Positions 54,646 through 64,000 of a stretch of 64,000 bases of DNA are shown piece by piece (position 1 is the stretch's first letter; each line of letters begins with the position of its first letter). The position numbers were made by a program, and so were the translations under genes. The DNA comes from Octopus vulgaris (taxonomy: Eukaryota), in NCBI GenBank assembly GCA_951406725.2, contig OX597815.1:88908001-88972000 (forward strand), in the 5' to 3' direction. The notes beneath the pieces are model-generated. The model had not been told where the DNA came from and did no database searches. It was given only the letters and a program-made list of their open reading frames with translations.

Positions 54646-56514
54646 TGTGTTTGTATGTATGTACATACATATATATAAGTGTATGTGTATATATATGCAT
54701 ATGTGTATGCACATATCTATGTACGTATATATATATATATATATGTGTGTGTGTATACACACACACATACATATATGCATATCTATCTAGCTACGTACCA
54801 CTCCTTCCTTTCTTACTCTCTCTCTCTATATATATATCTACACACACACACACACATATATATATATATGGTGTTCCAGCATGGGCACAGTCAAAATGAC
54901 TGAAACAAGTAAAAGAATAAAGAATAAAAGAATTCAAATGTATCTATATCTATATATGTGTGTGGGTGTGTGCATATATGTATGTTTATATGTTTGCGCG
55001 CGTGTGTATATATGTGTGCGCAATTAGTAATTGATATGCAATCATCTCCCTGTAAACATATCGATACATCTTTCGATGTATTTCCCCGTTATAAAACCAG
55101 TGTTTTCAATGTGCGAAAATAGACCAAAAATAACATAATCCAATCTACAAGAAGCAAATACACCGAGAGTTTACTAGGAAATAGAAAATTAAACTAAAAA
55201 GATATGACCTATCTCCTCATTCACTGCCATGTTTCGATTGTTAATTCAGTCTCATCAGCATGGTAAGATTTTCCTATATAAAGTATTCTTTAAAAACGAG
55301 CTTTGGAATATCACTCTTTGGGGAAATGTGGTAGTATAGCTATTAATAAGCAAATGGCTACTACCAGTCGGCCATTGGATAACCCAACTATTCGGCAAAC
55401 AATAGTTCAATCTGCTGTTCACAAATATTCAACTATATTGTTGCATACATAGAATTCTCGCCCGGTTTGATAATAACAAAAAGCTTAATAATCACAATTT
55501 CTAATACGACTTGCAAATAAATCTATATCTAAATAATTAAATGATCTAATTATTTCGATGACGAAAACATAAATACTAATGGCGAAACGAGTACGGAAAG
55601 AGCTTCAGTCGAGCTGACTTAACCGATGAGGCGACGGAAATTGCTGAAACTGACGCATCAATATTAAGTAAAAGTATTAAAATAGAAGCTTAAAATGCAC
55701 TGAGAGAAGTTAAAATATTTTTTATTAATATATTATCATAAGAGATTTGAAGCCTTAACCGGTTTCACAGTTTACACTGATTTTCAAAAGGTTCAAATAG
55801 AAAGGCATGGCTTAAGTCGCAGCTGTCTTGCTTCTGACTTAAAATTTGTCCTGTTTTCATAGGGAGTTCATAGCTCAAATTAGTATATTTTGAATAGGAT
55901 TTGCCTGGTTGAGGATAGTCACATGAATGATCTCATACATTTTTGTAGGTTTCCCGCTACTTTCCTGTGTTAGTATTATGTGATAATGTTTGACGTCGTA
56001 AGTTAAGGCTGACACAGTTGACTGAACAAGTCCAAATAATTAATGGTTTGAATGATATTCTCAAGTGTTTGTAGAGATTAAATTTGGAGTGCCTTGATTA
56101 TAACTAAACATGTTCACTCAACCGTGTCAGCATTCTTTTTAGGCGCAAATATACTGTAACTTGACACTAACGCACGGATATAGCGGGAAAGGTACAAAAG
56201 TTTATAAACTCAATCATGTATTCATTCTCTGCAAACAAAATTTTAAATATTCTCAGTGCATTTTCAACTTCTATTTTTCCAATATAGCTACTCGCATGGA
56301 ATAAAACAACTTTGTTTTCTCTCTCCCCCTCTCTCTTTCTCTCTCTCTAGATATATATATATATATATATATATTAATAATTAAGGGTACCATATGCAGT
56401 ACTAAAGTAGCAGCCAAAATGATTCAAACCACAAGTTTTCACTTACACGAAAAGGTGAAGGCAAAAAGGTTTCAGTCAATTTGACTGCTATTTTAGCATG
56501 CTGGTACTGCACAG

Positions 56515-56902
56515 CAGACTCAGTACGGAGTCCTACGTCAATTGCCTGGAGGAGATAGTACTACCCTGAGTCAAGAGGTTGGCTGCTGGAAGAGATTATG
56601 TCTGGCAACAAGAACCTGCACCATGTCACACAAGCAGGAGAACCCAGTCATGACTGTCAGACAATTTCTGCGACCACATCACCCTTAAGATCTGGTCACT
56701 CTCCAGAGTGCAACCATCTTGATAATTATGTGTGGGTTGCAGTTGAACGGGAGACCAACAAAACTCCTTGTAACACCAAAGACGAACAGACCAGTGCTTC
56801 TCAAAGTACCTGCAGCTGATGGTTCGCGGACAGGCACCGGTCCGCAGACCACCACTTTGACTAGTACTGATTTAGAAGACAGTTTATTCCCCACGCCCTG
56901 TA
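56515..56902 (+). mobile_element. Tc1/maT (DD37D-like) transposase 3' fragment with right TIR
   Basis: YVWQQEPAPCHTSRRTQ, SPECNHLDNYVWVAVE; ends ...CCCCACGCCCTG-TA. Confidence 0.85.
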
Positions 56903-56970
56903 TATACATACATAAATACATACATACATACATACATAGATACATACATACATACATACATACATACATG

Positions 56971-57054
<84 letters not shown>

Positions 57055-57089
57055 GGTATGTATGCGTGTGTGTTCTTTTATTCTGTTAT

Positions 57090-57400
57090 TATTTTACTTG
57101 TTTCAGTTATTTGACTACAGCCACTTTCTTTTAGTCGAAGAAATCAACCCCAGGAGTCTTTCTTTGTAAGCCTGCTACGTATTCTATCTGAATCTTTTGC
57201 CGAACTGCTAAGTTACGGGGACGTATACATAGCAGCATCATTTGTCAAGCGATGGTGCTGGGACAAACACAGACGGGCTTTTATTTCCGTCTACAAAATC
57301 CACTCACAAGACTTTGGTCGGACCGAGGCTATAGTAGGAGACACTTGTCGAAGGAGCTACACAGTGGGACTGAACCCCAAACCATATAGTTGGAAAGCCA
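57090..57400 (-). mobile_element. SINE family A, diverged
   Basis: Reverse-complement match to the 174-565 blocks. Confidence 0.8.
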
Positions 57401-57434
57401 CAAATGCGCATATATTTGTGTCTATGCCGCTTGG

Positions 57435-58230
57435 CACAGAATGATCTTGACCTTTGCTGCACATGTGCACTACAATTAACGTTCTACCTCACTTTTGCTG
57501 TTTACAGCAGTGCTTGGAAGGAATGTGTGTAGTATGTGATCGTTGCATTGACCATGACAGAAAATGTTGAACAGAGAATCTGCATCAAATTTTGCCAAAA
57601 GCTTGGCGATACCTGTCCAGTGGCCAACGCAATGTTTTCAAAACGTGTTCATCGATCCCAGCGTAATCAAGGAGAACTTTTGCAACTGAAACCCGAGTGT
57701 CTTCTTGGTGAGCTGAAAGCTGCTTTGGTGTAAACTTGGTAGACACGCGTCTCATATCCAAATTTTCTGTGATAATAGACTGAACTGAACAATAAGTAAT
57801 CTGCACATCCTCTGATATCTCACGGAAGGTGTTTCGACGCCCCCCCACCACTGAGTTGTACGCGCATCTGCGTTGTTTATCTGAGTTCTGCTGCTTGCGG
57901 GTCTCCCAGAACCTTCGTCAATATCGATATTTTTTCGGCCATCTTGTAAACGTCTGTAACACTCGTAGCTTTGTATGCGGCTTATACAGTTTTCTCCATA
58001 CACTTTCTGCAAATTTGTGTAGGCCTCTGAGCAATTATCACCGTGGCAACTTTCTCTGTCTTTCTCAATGTGACAATCACATGCTTCACAAGTTCCTTCT
58101 AAGCACTGCTGTACACAGCAGAGTTGAAATCGATTGTTAAAAATCAGTACAAATGCACGGCAGAGTTCAAGTTCAATCTTTGCGAGGTGGCTTTATTCTG
58201 CATGCTTTAGCATACTTATTAAACAGACGT
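57435..58230. mobile_element. Mariner derivative built from two inward-facing 5' ends
   Basis: + arm MTENVEQRICIKFCQKLG from 57554; - arm QKVYGENCISR..SGRP..LDMRRVSTKFTPKQL; both carry the TACAGCAGTGCTT.GAAGGAA leader. Confidence 0.85.
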
Positions 58231-58249
58231 CGTATATATATATATATAT

Positions 58250-58395
58250 AGGGAGAGTCTACGAAAAAAATCAAAAGACAAAGACAGGTGGTGTACAAAA
58301 CAAACAGATGTATTAGTATAACGCTCAGGAATAGAAAAAGTATTTTACGTTTCGAGCCTACGCTCTTCTACAGAAAGGGACACAGAAAAAAATAT
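58250..58395 (-). mobile_element. Family H1 fragment with the best-preserved minimal hammerhead-like motif (58342-58377)
   Basis: Minus strand CTTT-CTGTAGAA-GAGC-GTAG-GCTC-GAAA-CGTA-AAA; between (TA)n tracts. Confidence 0.65.
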
Positions 58396-58437
58396 ATATG
58401 TATATGTATGTATATATATACACACACACACACACAC

Positions 58438-58479
<42 letters not shown>

Positions 58480-59853
58480 TTACACATACATACACATATA
58501 TAACTATATGTATATACATATAGATATCTGAATTATATATATATATATATATATTATATGTAGATATAGATACAAATGTACATGAAATTATATACCTATG
58601 CACACCGGCATGCAATTCCACGTTGGAGAGTCAATTACAGATCTAAATTAAGGAACGTTCCAAGTATGTCGTTTGCATAAAATAAATGGATTAACGGTTC
58701 GTTACAGCTGTTCCAGACAAGTTTTATTTTTTATTCGATTGCATCATGAAAACAACCTTTTTCCCTCTTCATTGAGCCGAAATGTGAAGGTCAATCCATA
58801 TTCCACATAATGGCATTTTTTCTCCGAAGCAAATTTAAAGTTTTTATTCTGCTGAGGTAATCGAATTATTCATCGATGCAAACCACTCCTGAAACAGCTG
58901 TAGCGAACCTTTAACCCCTCTTTGCTCTTATATATATATATATATGTATGTATGTGTATGCATCTTTGTAGCTTTGTTTGCGTGTGTGTATGTATGTAAA
59001 TGTGTATGTGTATGCGTGTATTTATGTATGTATGTATGTATGTCTGTGTATATGTGTTTGCGTGTTAGAGTGCGCATGTGTAATATAGGCAGTCTGCTCC
59101 TTACATTTAAGTAAGCTGGAAAGTATGAATATCAATAATAAATTACATATTAATTTACCCTAGACATTTCTCTTTTCTTCTTATTAATCCGTGTAAGTCA
59201 ACAGGGGAAAGAGCAGTCTTCTAATAATAGGTTTGGGTTATCCCATGTTATCTGAATTTCCCGTATTACATAAGTACTTCGAAGACGGAATTTATAAACC
59301 AATGAGAAAATATGAGAAAATTATTGATATGTTCTTTGGATCTATATATCTCTTCTCAAAAGAGTCGAAAGTCAATTAATCAATTGACAAACTGTATTGA
59401 TCAGCTGTAGTAACAAATATATGATATTTAACATTTAACTCCAATTTCTACCAAAAAGCGTTGTGTTCTGGATATTTTCCAACTTTTATAACACTTGGTT
59501 TAATAACTTCTTAGGCGTTCATATTCTGAGAGCAAAATAAAGTGTTAATATGTTTACAACAGTTCAGATATGGATAGAAATTGTAATTAACCCTTAGTTC
59601 TCACAAAATATAAAGAGCCGGTGAAATGCTGGTATACATACTTACATAGTTATATATACATATACAGAAACACTTTAAGATATAAATCATCTGCCTGATT
59701 ATCTAATTCATCAATATTTACAGCTCCTTAGCCATGAATGTTGGTGGTGTTGCATTCGCAAAATTGAATTTATTCATGAGATTTGCCAACAAGGAGGATT
59801 AGGAAAGGGCTCAGTCACGAAATCTTGCCTATGACTAGCCAAATGTTCCTTTC

Positions 59854-60855
59854 CAGTGGTGGGCACAGTTCTGCTAATCCGCTAGCAACTAATTAGTAAC
59901 TAATTAGCGAAGCTAACTTATTGTTTAGAGGATTAGCATTTCCACTAACTTTGGAAACCGTTAGCGGATCAATTAGCTTCCACGGTTACCGTAATGAAGT
60001 TGAAGGAAGCAACGTTCAAACATCTCCTGTGCTGCAGTCATCTGGTAGACGCGATACTGGCAGGCAGCACGAAAAGTTTTGGGCTCCTCCTAGAAGATCT
60101 GGAGTGCCAATTGACCGCTGCTTCCCATCCCAAGTTTCGTCTGTTCAGCCAGGTTAGTAGAGTAACAAACGTCATGGAGACCGCCGTAGAGACAGCTCTA
60201 AAGACGATGAATGAGGTGGCTGCAGCACCACCAGCATTGAAGACAAGGAAGATGATTTCTTCAGAAACATTACTCGGTTCTGCGAGAACAGGAGCCACAA
60301 GTCACTGCTGTTCAAGGCGCAGAACTTAGTGAAGACCTGGCAGGAGGCCGTCTCAATGGAGGTCCAGACTGAATGTACCTTGTTAGGTGGACAGGTCTTG
60401 ATTGACCAGTTTACCAAATATAACACCGCCATCCCATCTAGTGCTGCAGTTGAACGCTTATTCTCTATAGGCAAAGATACTTTGAGGGCCAAGAGATCCA
60501 CCCTGTCAGATGGCAACTTTGAAAGGCTGATGTTTGTAGAGGGCAACCAGCATCATATCGAGGCGATGGAGAACACCCATCCAAAGTAGTACATCTTGAT
60601 CATATGATCTTGGCATGATATACCTTTTTGGAAAGCTCTATGTCTAAGCTAATACCAGAAAATTTCAGTTCTCTAGGTCTGTTTTGAAAGCTTTCAAAAC
60701 CCAAAAAACCAAACCAAGATAAAAGTTAGCGGTTATCAGTTAGCGTTAGCTTCCGCTCAATTTATTTTGCCTTCGCGGTTTAGCGTTTGAGAAACTAACT
60801 TTTTTAGTTAGCGGATTAGCGAAGCTAACTTTTTGGTTAGCTGTACTCACTACTG
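59854..60855 (+). mobile_element. Internally deleted hAT transposon retaining the C-terminal dimerization domain
   Basis: TIRs CAGTGGTGGGCACAG / CTGTACTCACTACTG; sub-terminal GTTAGC repeats; KYNTAIPSSAAVERLFS..RSTLSDGNFERLMF; diverged 8-bp TSD TTCCTTTC/TTTCTTGC. Confidence 0.9.
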
Positions 60856-62168
60856 TTTCTTGCTATACTTTACAGAAGCTCAAGAAATTCTAGAGCAACC
60901 TATTTTGTTGAAAAATATATTAGTAAATGTTAAACAATGTAAGAAGAAAAGGTGGAAGTTATTTATTTGAACATCTTAGTATAAACAGGAATATTGCCTC
61001 ATCAAAATACTAAAGAATATCAATTATCGCTGAAGGATTTATCTCGGCGTTTAACAATCCTCATTTAGTATTTATATGAGTCAATGTGGTGTAAATTTAC
61101 ACACTTAGAAATGTTTTGTAATGTCTTTTGACTGCTATTCATTTGAGATAAGTGGAGCATAAGAGATATCTAAGGATTTTGTTCATAGTCTGACTTGTTA
61201 GCCGAACATTTTCTTTACTGCTGACTAACATATGATGACATGAATAAGACACATCATGAATTGAAACTGTATATTCCCACTTACTAAACAGCATATCAAT
61301 CATGTTTGTGGATGTGGGGTTGCTTGTCAAATGCTTCTGTATTTCTGTTTAAAATGCTACGTATGTTCTGCAGTAGTGTGTCGTAATTGGCTCATACATA
61401 CATCTGAAAACAATTTTTTTCTGACGTATTATTTTGAATTAGATCTGATTAATTATTGAAATTCCATTAAATAAATATTTATTATATAGTGTTGTCGTGC
61501 ATATATATGTAGGTACATAAATATGTGTGCACATTTAGTTATATACACACATATACCCATATATATGTATGTATGTCTCTCTCCCTCTGTGTGTGTGTGT
61601 ATATATATATATATATAAGTTGGCGTAACTATGATGATGAAACAAAGTGGTTTAACTAAAGCTGTATTAATTCTCTGCAAGAAAATTATAAGAACCTGTC
61701 TAGCTACTATTGCACTTAGACTTTCATAAGATAAATAATATTCATCTTTTGTCCATTTAGACATTATTAGATTATAACTATTTATGTAGTATCTAAATTC
61801 TGACTGAGTTATAGTGTCTATCCTGATTTTAAAAGAATGAACATGCTGACAATGTGATTTTAGTTCATTCCCAAAGTGAAGCACAAAAGAGCATAGTAGC
61901 TCACGGGATGCGAACTACGTAGCTATCATATAGCATTTGACAGTGATAACTACTACACTTTTTGTCACTTCCTGTCATCGAATTTAATTCTAGTAAACAT
62001 ACTACTGGACCAGCCACCGTTGTTTACCTCGATTTGTAACACACATTCTACTAAATCCCCACCGGAGGGGTTGTTTCGTCGCTATCAACTCAGATGAGTA
62101 GCACATTCGTCACCCATGTACGAGGATGGAATTGTACCAAGCTTTCTTTTATAGATTTATGTGGCTTT

Positions 62169-62206
<38 letters not shown>

Positions 62207-62232
62207 CATAATAATAATAATAATAATAATAA

Positions 62233-63745
62233 TAGACCAATAACATGCCTTCCGTCAATGTGGAAACTAATTCCATGTGCTTTGGTCGGTGAACTGTACA
62301 GATACTTGGAAAAAAGTGGGCTGCTACCCATTGAACAAAAAAGGGTGCCATAAAAAGAACCGGGGAACGAAGTACCAGTTCTTAATTGATAATCTAATTA
62401 TCAGGAACTGCAAGAGAAGGCATACAAACATGAGCATGGCATGTGTTGACTATCGCAAAGCATACGATATGATACCACACTCTTGGATAATAACAACAAT
62501 GGAAATGTATGGAATAGCAAAGAATATGAGAAGCCTTGTATGGAATAGCATGACATACTGGAGAATGGAATTGACAGCAAGGACGCAAGTACTACCAGAG
62601 TAAAAATCAATAGAGGAATCTTCAAGGGGACAATGTGTCCCTACTGATGTTCGTGCTGGGAATGATCCCCTTGAGTGAAATACTACAGAAAACAAAGTTG
62701 GGGTATGATCTGGGAAGAGGTGAGGAAAACTAAACCACTTGCTATTCATGGAAGACCTGAAGCTATTCGCAAAAACTGAGGCAGAACTGGACAGCCTGGT
62801 CCAGTCTGTGCGCAGTTTCTCCAATGATATCAAGATGGAGTTTGGACTCTCAAGATGTGCTACGATGGTGATGAGACGAGAAAAGCTGGCCAGGACAGAA
62901 GGCATATGGCTGCCAAGTGGTGAACGATGAAGGTAATTCAACCTCAATCCAGCTTTAAATATCTGGGAATACTTGAGGCAAATGGAATCAAAATCCACGA
63001 CATGAAGGAAAAGACAAAAGAAAATACCTGCGGTGAGTGAGAAAAATATTGGCTTCAAAGATGACTGCCAAAAACATAATTTCGGCAATAAACTCGCGCG
63101 CAGTCGCAGTAGTTTGGTATGGCGCTGGAATCTTGAAGTGGATAGAGGAAGAGCTAAAACATGGACAGGAAGTCAAGAAAGCTCCTAAAGATGCATGGAG
63201 CCCATCATTCACGTGCAGACACTGCTCGCCAATACATGAATAGAGCACAAACTATAGAGAGTGACAGAGTCGGAGACTAGCAAAATCCTCTAGGATCCTC
63301 CAACCCAATCAGCTGTTAGAGCGTAACAGACCGGACTTAGTGGTGGTGGACAAGGTGCACCACATATGCTATATAGTTGACGTTGCATGCCCCTTTGACC
63401 CACGAATAGTCAAGAAAGGAGGCGAAAAAATGGATTGATAGATATAAACCTCTTAAGTACTTAATAGTCCGGCCCAGGAAAATGAAGAAGGTGAAGATAG
63501 TGCCAGTTATTGTTGGGTCCTTGGAAACAGTATAAGAAGGAGTCAAGAGAATTATAAAGGAAATTGGAATAGAGTGTTCAGTAGAACTGTTACAAAAGTT
63601 TTGCCTCCTTGGCGCGGCTAGAATAATCAGGAATGGTACTAGACAGCTGAAACGAAAGAATAGCATGGTACCGTAGGCTGCAGGTATTAAGCCCGCTACG
63701 CATGCAAGACTCCAAGAGCTCCAACAAAATCTGTGATAAAGAGAA
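62233..63745 (+). mobile_element. Dong/R4-like RLE LINE inserted in (TAA)n, 5'-truncated and internally deleted
   Basis: RPITCLPSMWKL, DYRKAYDMIPHSW, HLLFMEDLKLFAK, RPDLVVVD, VDVACPFD; (TAA)n at 62170-62233 and 63749-63797. Confidence 0.92.
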
Positions 63746-63748
63746 TAT

Positions 63749-63783
<35 letters not shown>

Positions 63784-63799
63784 TAATAATAATAATATT

Positions 63800-64000
63800 A
63801 ATGAACTTTTATATAATGCCCAGGTACACTACAAATAAAGAAACAAGGTGTTGGGGCATCAGATGTAATGCTGGCAAGTTCAAGAAGCATGAAAGTTTTG
63901 AAGGGTGTAGTTGTTGGACACCTAATAACTGATGCAAGCAGTTTATGCCATTCTTCAGCAATTCTGAGCGTAAAAAAAATTTTCCGAAACACATGGGTGT
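63800..64000 (-). mobile_element. 3' end of the CR1 family seen at 18490-20280
   Basis: FFTLRIAEEWHKLLASV matches 20180-20260. Confidence 0.8.

Overview
AT-rich, microsatellite-dense animal genomic DNA with no long intact ORF. Its repeat repertoire (tRNA-headed SINEs with internal microsatellites, R4/Dong-like RLE LINEs, CR1, RTE, Penelope, mariner/Tc1, hAT) resembles an octopus/cephalopod genome, which is inferred rather than proven. Nearly all ORF-track entries are translated microsatellites or transposon debris. The only host-gene signal is a candidate first exon on + ending at a GTAAGT donor (11177), so the remaining ~53 kb may be one large intron. The most striking signal is about a dozen hammerhead-ribozyme (HHR) motifs, intact to degenerate, in small non-coding elements that often sit in (TA)n tracts. 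They include a 484-nt tandem unit bounded by two hammerhead cleavage sites, an extended type I hammerhead at the tip of a rod-like hairpin, and a three-copy minimal-hammerhead family with a shared non-canonical CUGU core. Penelope RT and GIY-YIG remnants, plausible mobilising machinery, lie in the same window. All structures were paired by eye; no folding or database search was run.
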